Made by a program: the position numbers and the translations under genes. Positions 18,702 through 26,174 of a stretch of DNA of 64,000 nucleotides are shown piece by piece. The stretch lies in IMG/VR virus record IMGVR_UViG_3300043811_000021, positions 32,001 through 96,000 of that record. One strand, 5' to 3'. The first letter of the stretch is position 1. Every line of letters starts with the position of its first letter. The stretch is from a virus. Under the pieces are notes generated by a model, which was not told the DNA's origin, searched no databases, and was given only the letters and a program-made list of their open reading frames with translations.

Positions 18702-18780
18702 TGGTGCCGCTGGCCAGAATCGAACTGGCGTCAATCCGTCTACTCGAAGCCCGCTTAGGAGGCGGGTGAGGTACAGCGGC
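18702..18780 (-). tRNA. D-arm-less tRNA-like gene, anticodon CCU (Arg)
   Basis: Acceptor GCCGCTG/CAGCGGC-A-CCA; only TACCTCA precedes the anticodon arm CCCGC-CTCCTAA-GCGGG; ~20-nt variable region; canonical T arm. Confidence 0.7.
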
Positions 18781-18784
18781 AAGA

Positions 18785-18861
18785 TGGTGCTGACGGCTGG
18801 GATCGAACCAGCGGCATCTTGCTTAGAAGGCAAGCACTCTATCCGTCTGAGTTACGTCAGC
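18785..18861 (-). tRNA. tRNA-Arg(UCU)
   Basis: CTTGC-CTTCTAA-GCAAG; CCA. Confidence 0.95.
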
Positions 18862-18865
18862 AATC

Positions 18866-18951
18866 TGGTGGAGCCGGTGGGACTTGAACCCACATTGGGT
18901 TTCCCCGCTCATTAAAAGTGAGGTCTCTGCATCCAATTCGAGTACGACTCC
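18866..18951 (-). tRNA. tRNA-Lys(UUU) with long variable arm
   Basis: CTCA-CTTTTAA-TGAG; extra arm GGG-GAAA-CCC; CCA. Confidence 0.85.
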
Positions 18952-18959
18952 ATTAAACT

Positions 18960-19036
18960 TGGTGAGCGCGGCTGGATTTGAACCAGCGTCAGCCTGCTTA
19001 AGAGGCAGGTATAATCAGCCGCTATACGACGCGCTC
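18960..19036 (-). tRNA. tRNA-Lys(CUU)
   Basis: CCTGC-CTCTTAA-GCAGG; CCA. Confidence 0.93.
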
Positions 19037-19037
19037 A

Positions 19038-19117
19038 TGGTAGACGTGACGGGTGTCGAACCCGCGTACTCCCGCTTATAAGGCAGGTGCTAAAACCAAT
19101 CCATCAGCTACACGTCT
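19038..19117 (-). tRNA. tRNA-Ile(UAU)
   Basis: CCTGC-CTTATAA-GCGGG; CCA. Confidence 0.88.
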
Positions 19118-19126
19118 GTAAAACTA

Positions 19127-19202
19127 TGGTGCCAGTGGCTCAACTCGAATGAGCTACCTCCGACTTATGAGATCGGCGCATATCCACTTCTGCTTCACTG
19201 GC
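19127..19202 (-). tRNA. tRNA-Met/Ile2(CAU)
   Basis: CCGAT-CTCATAA-GTCGG; CCA. Confidence 0.88.
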
Positions 19203-19207
19203 GAAAC

Positions 19208-19278
19208 TGGCAGGGGATAGGAGAATCGAACTCCTCACGGCGAGTTTTGGAGACTCGCCTAATCCCAGATCATCCCCT
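19208..19278 (-). tRNA. tRNA-Trp(CCA), short D arm; first gene of operon A
   Basis: AGGGGAT/ATCCCCT-G-CCA; CGAGT-CTCCAAA-ACTCG. Confidence 0.9.
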
Positions 19279-19290
19279 GTATATCCTGCG

Positions 19291-19305
19291 AATTTTCAAT
19301 GATCA
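19291..19305 (-). promoter_or_regulatory. boxA-like antitermination element
   Basis: TGATCATTGAAAATT immediately after terminator A; resembles rRNA-operon boxA. Confidence 0.45.
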
Positions 19306-19333
19306 AAAAGAAGCCCTTCCACTGAGGAAGGGC
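19305..19333 (-). terminator. attenuator terminator A
   Basis: GCCCTTCC-TCAGT-GGAAGGGC followed by TTCTTTTT, between leader ORF A and tRNA-Trp. Confidence 0.9.
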
Positions 19334-19359
19334 CGGTGCTACAACACTTGCACAGACCC

Positions 19360-19431
19360 CTAAGACACGATCCCCCATCCCATCCGCTTGATGGTTATGG
19401 TTCTGACGTGTTTGCTAGTGGTCTGCATCAT
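19360..19431 (-). CDS. leader peptide A, MMQTTSKHVRTITIKRMGWGIVS
   Basis: AAAGGA ribosome-binding site; TATAAT at 19467-19472; codons match operon A anticodons. Confidence 0.85.
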   Translation of the reverse strand: MMQTTSKHVRTITIKRMGWGIVS

Positions 19432-19526
19432 TTTTCCTTTGTCGAGGGGTTTCCCGCTCTAGCCCTATTATATCCCAGGCTGGGGTTTAGCTCTGCATAA
19501 TCCATCTACAGAGTACCGCAAGTCGA

Positions 19527-19856
19527 TTAGGAATGCAAGCCCAAAAATCGATAAGTCAACAATAAAGTTGTCAGATGGATCGCCTGATCGAACCCAATCA
19601 GCACAAAGAACCAGTGACGCTTCTCTTTCTTCCACAAATACGAAGTCCCCCTAGAGGTAATGTAATCGGTCGCGAAATGGAAGACAAACGTAATTATAGC
19701 GAACTTCCAGCCGAAAGCCAAGAATGGAAGAGAGTAAACAGAGACGTGAATTCCAAGCCATGTGTTTCTCGTTGACTTATTGAGAGCCATATTATCAGTT
19801 TGCAGAACAAAATCTGAGATGAAGTGAATCCAGATCAACGCTAAGATGTAGAGCAT
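19527..19856 (-). CDS. DUF3307-like membrane protein
   Basis: [14 protein letters not shown]...Y, HFATDY, GFDQAIH. Confidence 0.8.
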   Translation of the reverse strand: MLYILALIWIHFISDFVLQTDNMALNKSTRNTWLGIHVSVYSLPFLAFGWKFAIITFVFHFATDYITSRGTSYLWKKEKRHWFFVLIGFDQAIHLTTLLLTYRFLGLHS

Positions 19857-20603
19857 GATTTCTCCTAGTGGTCACGAAATATACTGCAATCAGAATAATC
19901 CGTCCCCTCTATCTTGCCTTTCTCAAATTGATTTCTTCCGTACTTTCTACAAAAGTGAGCCAGCTCTATCCACTCTTTATCTTCAAGTGAAGTAGAAGGA
20001 AGAGAGATTTTGATATTTTTTAATAATTCCTTAAATTTTTCGTCTTCTTTTTCGAGAAGTTCTCTTTTATGCTGGCCAATCTGGTCGTACATGGTAACAT
20101 TTCCAATCCAATTCTGTGCCTCCTCTGCACTGAATCCAAAAGATTCAACACAAGTTCTTTCTGCCTCTCTTTTCCATTCGTACATAATAATCCTCAATCG
20201 TTTATCGTCTTCCGTTTTTCCAGTCTTTTAACCAATGAATCAACAACAGACTCTAGGCTGTGTCGATCTCCAAAGTGACCTACTCCATCTACTACATCAG
20301 AACATATCTCTATTACCTCTTGTAGTCGCAGGCTTTCCAAATCTTTTCCTAATCGATCCCCTTTCATTATTATCTCTAGTCTTTCAAGAACGGAAGTTAA
20401 AACTTCCTGTCCTTTTATTACGGCTGTTAGAAAGTCATCTGCGAACACCATGTTCTCAATAAGAATAGTTCCATCGGAAAACCATTCTGCATTGTTCTTA
20501 ATCTTTATTCTGTAGCATCTCATCGTTGTCTCCTATGCATATTATAGCAAAAAAATAGGGGAGAACAATATTCCGCTCTCCCCGCTCACAAAATGGTTAA
20601 AGG

Positions 20604-20906
20604 TTAAACCGCCAGTGCTTCCAAAGCAGCCAGTTCCTTTTCCAGTTCGCTCTTCTTCTGGGCAGGAGTCTTGAGAGAGTCAATCCGTGCTGTCAGTTCA
20701 CGCTTACGTGCAGCGATCTTGTCAGAGTTACGAGATGTGATCTCCCGGCGAATTGCTTTCAGTTGCGAATCAATGAACTCAGGCTCTTCGATCTGTAATG
20801 CCTCGTATTCGGCACGGAGAGACTTTCCGAAGGCCAGTCCAGCAACCAACTCGTCAATGTCAGTTACGCGGTCAGTGTTGAATGTCTTGAATGTTTGAAG
20901 ATTCAT
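20604..20906 (-). CDS. small coiled-coil protein coupled to the TROVE/vWA gene
   Basis: ATGA overlap with 20903..22411. Confidence 0.65.
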   Translation of the reverse strand: MNLQTFKTFNTDRVTDIDELVAGLAFGKSLRAEYEALQIEEPEFIDSQLKAIRREITSRNSDKIAARKRELTARIDSLKTPAQKKSELEKELAALEALAV

Positions 20907-22411
20907 GCTGTTACCAGTTTACCTTTCTGTGCCCCCTTGAGCACTGAGTTGAGAGTTAAAAGCGGAGTGGCCAGGATTTCATCCACAAGTCCGTAGGTTT
21001 TCGTTCTCATAGTCTGCGCCAAATTTGGGATTGAGTAGTAATCCGTTCCGCCCCTTATGTCAAATGTCTGCATTTCCAGTCCAGCACTCTGCATCTTCGT
21101 TGTGAGGCTGTTAGGCTCACCTTCAACGTGGTACAGATATACTGGAACGTCACGGTCAGCGAACGCCACATATTTCTTGTAAACGTCCGTAAAGTACGGT
21201 GCGCTATGTTCCGCGCCGTCAGAAACAATTGCAATTCCATCAACCGAAATCTTCTCCTGAAGCATCCTGTTCAAACCGCAGCCGATGGATGTTCCACCGT
21301 TGGCTGTGATGTGCCTTGTTGCCTTTTGGATTGAGTCCAGAGGCAATCCTGTTACATCAATAGTCATCGGGTTAGTGTCAAAGAATACAAGGTAGACCTT
21401 TCCTCTGCAAATCTTAGCCAACGTAGCAGCAACGTGACGGGATGCCTCAATGGAACGAGACATACTACCCGACTTGTCTGCCAAAACGAGCCAATCGCCT
21501 TCTGGTCCTCCCATTGCCGCAATCTGCTTATCTTGTAGTCCCTGCAACTTCTCTTTCAGAACAGAGTCAGTCACAGACTCAGCAGCTTTGGTCGTCTTCA
21601 GCGTATTCTTCTTAGACGTTGCAGCCTTTGCTAATGCCTGATCAAATGCCCCGCGAAGTGCAGGATTCGTCTTCAGTCCCAACTTCTCCAACATCTTCAC
21701 GTTGGTAGTCAACTCAGTCGCAGACATTGCTCCAATCAACGCCAGAACCAAATCAGGTTCCTTCGCCTTTGCTCCCAATGCTCCCATCGCGATAAGGAAA
21801 GGAATCCGGTAACGCATGATCGATCCTGCCGCTTCCGTAGGAGTCATGTTCTTGAGGTTTGCTACTACCTCAAATACCGATCCCTTGGGAAGTGGTAATT
21901 TATTACCCTTTTCATCCTTACCGAAAAGAACCGCACGAACACGGTCTGCCTTTGTCTCAGGGCGAACATGGCCAAGAGCATACAACTCCCTCAGCGTCTT
22001 CCTATGCTGAATTGCCAGATGATCCCAGCCCTTATCCTGCTCCTTCTCATGCAGGTAATCGCCAATCAACCGGCGCAAAGGAAGCATCTTACCTGCTGGA
22101 CGAATCTCACGCGCAAAATGGAAAGCGCGAAGCAACTCACGCGGTCCAAGCAATGCTAAATGAGCATACGCATTATCCAATAACTCCGAGTCATTCTCAT
22201 ATGCCAAGCCGATAACTGGAAGAGCAACCTTGCTGTCCCTTATCTGCCCATGAGTTCTATCCCAGGAAATCAAATGCGCAAAGAATTCGCCTTCCTGTTT
22301 TACTGCCTGTTGTCCGATAGGAACGTATTCCTTCAGCGCACCGTGAGGACTTTTTGAAAGTTCACTCACAATTCTTTGTTTTGTCAATCCCTGTTCTGCC
22401 ATAGTATTCAT
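20903..22411 (-). CDS. TROVE-like + vWA (Ro60/Rsr-related) RNA-binding protein
   Basis: 502 aa; helical N-terminal region (FFAHL..W......RD..VALP), MIDAS motif LADKSGSM, GGTSIG, IVSDG; size and layout match Ro60. The TROVE call is inferred. Confidence 0.65.
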   Translation of the reverse strand: MNTMAEQGLTKQRIVSELSKSPHGALKEYVPIGQQAVKQEGEFFAHLISWDRTHGQIRDSKVALPVIGLAYENDSELLDNAYAHLALLGPRELLRAFHFAREIRPAGKMLPLRRLIGDYLHEKEQDKGWDHLAIQHRKTLRELYALGHVRPETKADRVRAVLFGKDEKGNKLPLPKGSVFEVVANLKNMTPTEAAGSIMRYRIPFLIAMGALGAKAKEPDLVLALIGAMSATELTTNVKMLEKLGLKTNPALRGAFDQALAKAATSKKNTLKTTKAAESVTDSVLKEKLQGLQDKQIAAMGGPEGDWLVLADKSGSMSRSIEASRHVAATLAKICRGKVYLVFFDTNPMTIDVTGLPLDSIQKATRHITANGGTSIGCGLNRMLQEKISVDGIAIVSDGAEHSAPYFTDVYKKYVAFADRDVPVYLYHVEGEPNSLTTKMQSAGLEMQTFDIRGGTDYYSIPNLAQTMRTKTYGLVDEILATPLLTLNSVLKGAQKGKLVTA

Positions 22412-22426
22412 CCTCCCGGAGATGTG

Positions 22427-22978
22427 TTATGGAAGTTTACGTTTTGCAAGGTAGTCAACAAAGAAGTTATAATCTAACTTCCGCTCCTTACACCAGTCAT
22501 GCGGGTCCATCGAACCTTTCCTCTTATTGCAATTTTTACAGGCAGAAAGGAAATTTGATGTGTCATTCGCCCCACCCGTTTCAAGTGGCTGGAAGTGATC
22601 GATTGACAGTGGAGATACACCCATTTTCACGCCGCAGTACATGCATTTGCATCCGTCAGCGACCCATACTTTCTGCTGCACCGCTCCAGAAATTTCATAG
22701 CGTACCTTGCGATGAAACGCTTTCGCTGGCATCACTAAAATCTCAGGATTATCTGTACGAGCTAAAAAGTCCGTCCACTCTTCGAGAGAAAGACGTTCAG
22801 TAGAGCATTCGCTAATATCTGGGCAATCTGGCAGCATGAGGATAGCCATTGCACCTTCTCCCCCCACTACCAACCCCTCAATTTTAAGGATATTACCCAA
22901 GTCGCCATAAACCGCTGGACGGTGGCGAAGCTCAAGCATATAAAAACGATCTCCGCTAGCCATATTATCCTCTCCCAA
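22427..22978 (-). CDS. HNH endonuclease domain protein
   Basis: CMYCG...SIDHFQP...GG.....NFLSACKNCNKRKG. Confidence 0.85.
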   Translation of the reverse strand: MGEDNMASGDRFYMLELRHRPAVYGDLGNILKIEGLVVGGEGAMAILMLPDCPDISECSTERLSLEEWTDFLARTDNPEILVMPAKAFHRKVRYEISGAVQQKVWVADGCKCMYCGVKMGVSPLSIDHFQPLETGGANDTSNFLSACKNCNKRKGSMDPHDWCKERKLDYNFFVDYLAKRKLP

Positions 22979-22992
22979 GGCACAAAAAATAC

Positions 22993-23158
22993 TGGCTTCG
23001 TGTCGAGTGTGGTTTTGATGTTTTCAAGCAGCCTTGCGGCCCTCGAAACCCCCGCCTCATCATCCCTGCCTCTCGGCAGAATCCCTGACTCAGACGATCA
23101 GGCGGGGGGTTGCAGGTTGCCCTGCAAAACTATCATGTATCCACTCTCAGTGAAGCCA
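22993..23158 (-). ncRNA. Y-RNA-like ncRNA, copy 1
   Basis: TGGCTTC-ACT-GAGAGTGG-ATACATG...CCACACTC-GACAC-GAAGCCA with internal hairpins. Confidence 0.7.
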
Positions 23159-23178
23159 ATCTTGTACTACTTAACTTA

Positions 23179-23295
23179 TGGAGCCGGGTCCAAGAATTGA
23201 ACTTGGATTGTCGATTTATGGAATCGATGCATGTATCCAGAGTTAGTAAGGTTGCCCTTGTGTCAACTTTGGCATTACCGTTTTGCTAACCCGGC
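23179..23295 (-). tRNA. tRNA-like gene (anticodon CAU) carrying a 43-nt motif insertion
   Basis: Removing 23229..23271 (bounded by an ATGC direct repeat) leaves a 74-nt cloverleaf: GCCGGGT/ACCCGGC-T-CCA, TCGAT-TCCATAA-ATCGA. Confidence 0.75.
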
Positions 23296-23308
23296 TCAAC
23301 TTGTACGG

Positions 23309-23773
23309 TCAACTATTCCTACCGCGAATCTTACGGCAATCAATACAGTAGTCCCTTAATCCGGTTTCCTTATTGCCGTCCTTGTGAAATCTTCCTTTTG
23401 GTATCCAATCCTGATGACGACTACACCAAGCCATTCCGTCAGGAGCTATTCCTATAGTTCGTATGGAATTGTACGTTGCCTTACCTAAATGACCGGCGGC
23501 AATGTTGCATCTTTTATGGGAAAATGCTATGTTCTCCAAATCCCAAAAGAGGTCGGCGCTTATTCCTTCCCAAGGTTTCTTGTGTTCTATAGAACACTCA
23601 GAAGATTTTTCAATCTTCTTCTTACAGCGATAACAAGTATCTGCTCCGCATCTTTTTACAAGATCAAACAAGATAAGTCTATAAAGTCTGCCATTCGCAG
23701 TACCAAAAGGCATATTTAGCGTCTCATCTTTTTTCCATGTAGAACTCTTCTTTTTTATTTCCATCATCTCCAT
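23309..23773 (-). CDS. HNH-type homing endonuclease
   Basis: CYRC...SIEHKKPW...LENIAFSHKRCN; C-terminal zinc module. The track's 5' extension overlaps ncRNA, so the start was moved. Confidence 0.75.
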   Translation of the reverse strand: MEMMEIKKKSSTWKKDETLNMPFGTANGRLYRLILFDLVKRCGADTCYRCKKKIEKSSECSIEHKKPWEGISADLFWDLENIAFSHKRCNIAAGHLGKATYNSIRTIGIAPDGMAWCSRHQDWIPKGRFHKDGNKETGLRDYCIDCRKIRGRNS

Positions 23774-23819
23774 ATAATACATGGAGGGAATAAATTTCAA
23801 CCCAATGCTGCTCTTTATC

Positions 23820-23862
23820 CATGTACCCAGGCAAAGTAACGTTTCCGTTGTGTCTTGTCCGG
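23820..23862 (-). ncRNA. Y-RNA-like motif, circularly permuted copy
   Basis: CCGGACAA-GACAC-AACG-GAAA-CGTT-ACT-TTGCCTGG-GTACATG. Confidence 0.65.
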
Positions 23863-23890
23863 TTCCGTTTTTTGCCCCCCACAACTTATT

Positions 23891-24014
23891 TGGTTAGTGT
23901 CTGTCAGCGAGTGTTGCTGGTTGAAAAAGTAGGGATCGAACCTACGACCTATTCATTTGAAGTGAATTGCTCTACCAGTGAGCTATTTTTCCGTGTACGC
24001 TGCCATGTTAACCA
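23891..24014 (-). ncRNA. Y-RNA-like ncRNA enclosing a complete tRNA fold
   Basis: TGGTTA-ACA-TGGCAGCG-TACACG...CGCTGACA-GACAC-TAACCA. Confidence 0.7.
23918..23992 (-). tRNA. tRNA-like domain with anticodon UCA (opal-reading)
   Basis: Canonical D arm GCTC/GAGC; ATTCA-CTTCAAA-TGAAT; T arm GTAGG-TTCGATC-CCTAC; ACCA end; G1-A72 mismatch; no Sec-type long arm. Confidence 0.75.
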
Positions 24015-24022
24015 AATCTTAA

Positions 24023-24084
24023 AGGGTTGGTATCGGACTGCGCTGTTCATGTTTACAAAGCATGTAAGCAGTCCCGTCAACCCT
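24023..24084 (-). ncRNA. Y-RNA-like ncRNA, minimal copy
   Basis: AGGGTTG-ACG-GGACTGC-TTACATG...GCAGTCC-GATAC-CAACCCT. Confidence 0.7.
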
Positions 24085-24091
24085 ATCTTAA

Positions 24092-24207
24092 TCCGCTTGT
24101 GTCTTTTGGCTAACCCTTGCGGGCACAAGGCCGTTTTCGAGGCGGCTTCTTTTTCTCCAAATGAAAATGCTGGACTACCAGCACATGTACGCCAAAACGT
24201 AAGCGGA
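24092..24207 (-). ncRNA. Y-RNA-like ncRNA copy
   Basis: TCCGCTT-ACG-TTTTGGC-GTACATG...GCCAAAA-GACAC-AAGCGGA. Confidence 0.7.
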
Positions 24208-24245
24208 ATCTTTCATCCCTAACATCAGGAAAACTCAAACTCAGT

Positions 24246-24362
24246 GATTAGGTAGCCTCACATCAGGTCGCTCACTTCCAGAATCCGGCACAGTTACAAA
24301 CGGGACGACACCCTCACCTAGCTACCATCTTTCCATGCCCTCATTGGTAAAGCTACCTAATC
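24246..24362 (-). ncRNA. unassigned structured RNA
   Basis: 11-bp closing stem GATTAGGTAGC/GCTACCTAATC; inner TACCA/TGGTA. Confidence 0.45.
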
Positions 24363-24455
24363 TCTGCATCAACAAAACCAACTCTACTACAATGTCCTGC
24401 GCATTGCAAGCACTTTCTAAAACTATTTTCTACTATTTTTATGCTTGCTAAATTA

Positions 24456-24534
24456 TGGTGGGGCTGGCAGGACTTGAACCTGCTGCCTCCGGTTTCGTAG
24501 ACCGGCGCTCTGAATCCAGATGAGCTACAACCCC
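24456..24534 (-). tRNA. tRNA-Arg(ACG)
   Basis: CCGGT-CTACGAA-ACCGG; CCA. Confidence 0.95.
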
Positions 24535-24546
24535 ACTTACAAAAAA

Positions 24547-24621
24547 TGGTCGGGGAGGGGAATCCTGACATCCCAACCTTTCCGCCCCAAACGGAAAGCT
24601 CTTCCTTTGAGCTACTCCCCG
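24547..24621 (-). tRNA. tRNA-Pro(UGG)
   Basis: CGGGGAG/CTCCCCG-A-CCA; TTCCG-TTTGGGG-CGGAA; atypical T arm. Confidence 0.88.
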
Positions 24622-25156
24622 ATAAACTTGGTTACTTCTCGTCCAATAAAACATAGTACTGATCAGGACCATGCTCTGCTGCTGAATTCAGAACATCCAC
24701 CAATTCATCCGCAGTAATGGCATAGTATTTTCTATTTCCATTCACCGGAAAAAACGGGAATAGCGCAGCCATTCGTCTTTCTGATTCAAGATACAGCTTT
24801 TCTGTTTGTACGAAAACCTGTGACATATTACCTCCGATAACACTCACAAATCTCTAACAACAAACTTCCACGGATCGCTCATTACCCAGCCAACAGCTTT
24901 TCCGTTCTCTAACTCATACCAACGATCAACTGGAGATTCAGGTCCAGGCCACGGCTTAGGCCAAGTAGGTCCATCCTCGCCAAAATTAGTATGCGTCCTT
25001 AGCACAGGAATTTTAAGTAAAGAATCTACTTCGTCATTCCTGCCCATTCCATTTTCCGTGTACCCGCATGGCAGAGCGTCAGATAAACTATCAGACCCAT
25101 CATATCCAAAAATCTTTATGAGTAGTTCTTCTTCCTCTGTCATTGCTTCTCCGATA

Positions 25157-25234
25157 TGGTGGACTCGGCCAGATTTGAACTGGCAACACGATGATTTTCA
25201 GTCACCTGCTCTACGCGATTGGAGCTACGAGTCC
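25157..25234 (-). tRNA. tRNA-Phe(GAA)
   Basis: GGTGA-CTGAAAA-TCATC; CCA. Confidence 0.93.
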
Positions 25235-25861
25235 GATTAACGATCTCCAGTCGTTTCTTTCTTTAGATGTCTTCCGACGATGACAATTTGCACATCGCAC
25301 AACACATTTTTCAATCTCTTCCAAAATCCTTTTCATCGAGCATGTTGAGCGTAGGAGCTTAGATATATTGCACTTTTTAACCCCTTTAATATGGTCAAAA
25401 TCCAAGACCATAATGTCCGATTCTCCGCAATCCACACAATGATGTTCCGCCAGATAAGAAACGATGAAAGCCCTTTGTTCCTGTCGTTTAATATCCCTGT
25501 TACGATAAAGGCGCTTCCGTTCTCTTTCCGAGTTATCCCTATAGTGCTGTGCCTTATAAGAACTTTCGCAAATCATGCACCATGCTTGTAGCCCATCTCT
25601 CCGTGCAGCATTTTCTCTAAAATCGCAGCGTGTTTTAACCGTGGTGCATTTGCTGCAATATTTCTCCTTTTCAGGATCGAACTTTGGAAGAAGACTTCTA
25701 CCGTCTTCCGCGATGCACTTCTTGGAGCAAAACCTACGTTTAGCATATTGAGTTTTCCAAAACTCTTTGCCACACCAAGCACATGAATAAGCAAATAGAC
25801 GCCTATTCTTGCCATGAAAAAATTCGATCCTACAATCAACCATGCAATAAGTGTAATACAA
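25211..25861 (-). CDS. HNH homing endonuclease whose 3' end runs into tRNA-Phe
   Basis: CVDCGESD...LDFDH....K...I....EIEKCVVRCANCHRRKT; upstream CxxC modules. Confidence 0.85.
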   Translation of the reverse strand: MYYTYCMVDCRIEFFHGKNRRLFAYSCAWCGKEFWKTQYAKRRFCSKKCIAEDGRSLLPKFDPEKEKYCSKCTTVKTRCDFRENAARRDGLQAWCMICESSYKAQHYRDNSERERKRLYRNRDIKRQEQRAFIVSYLAEHHCVDCGESDIMVLDFDHIKGVKKCNISKLLRSTCSMKRILEEIEKCVVRCANCHRRKTSKERNDWRSLIGLVAPIA

Positions 25862-25884
25862 ATGACTGAAAACATCAAAACTTT

Positions 25885-25960
25885 TGGTGGACCGGGAGGG
25901 GCTTGAGTCCTCGCGCAGACGCTTGCAGGGCGTCCCATCTCCATCTGAAAGTACCGGCCC
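25885..25960 (-). tRNA. tRNA-Ala(UGC)
   Basis: G3-U70 pair; GACGC-CCTGCAA-GCGTC (C33); CCA. Confidence 0.88.
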
Positions 25961-26005
25961 ATTTATTCAACTTCAAACTGTGCCGGGGAATTTCACCCCG
26001 GCGAT

Positions 26006-26093
26006 TGGGGAGATCGGCGGAACTCGAATCCGCGTTGAGGAATTACCCTCCCGGAGCCACAATCCGGTGCCTATCCATCTCGGCCACGACCTC
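26006..26093 (-). tRNA. tRNA-His(GUG) with long variable arm
   Basis: CCGGA-TTGTGGC-TCCGG; C73; extra arm GAGG-GTAATT-CCTC; position -1 is T rather than G. Confidence 0.85.
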
Positions 26094-26096
26094 ACT

Positions 26097-26170
26097 TGGA
26101 GCACTCAGTAGGAATCAAACCCACGTTTTGGCCATACAAAGGGCACGTTCTGTCACTGAACTATGAGTGC
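26097..26170 (-). tRNA. tRNA-Thr(UGU)
   Basis: GCACTCA/TGAGTGC-T-CCA; loop TTTGTAT. Confidence 0.82.
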
Positions 26171-26174
26171 AAAC

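Noticed and set aside
18531-19081. Track ORFs overlapping tRNA genes (also near 24.4-24.7, 25.9-26.2, 26.9-27.5 and 30.5-31.4 kb)
   Set aside because: They are explained by GC-rich tRNA cloverleaves and have no protein motifs.
19291-19472. T-box riboswitch as the control element
   Set aside because: No T-box consensus (AGGGTGGNACCGCG) or stem I in any of the three leaders; a translated short ORF explains them.
23918-23992. tRNA-Sec or genome-wide UGA recoding
   Set aside because: No long variable arm or extended acceptor stem; TGA ends many well-formed, coupled genes.
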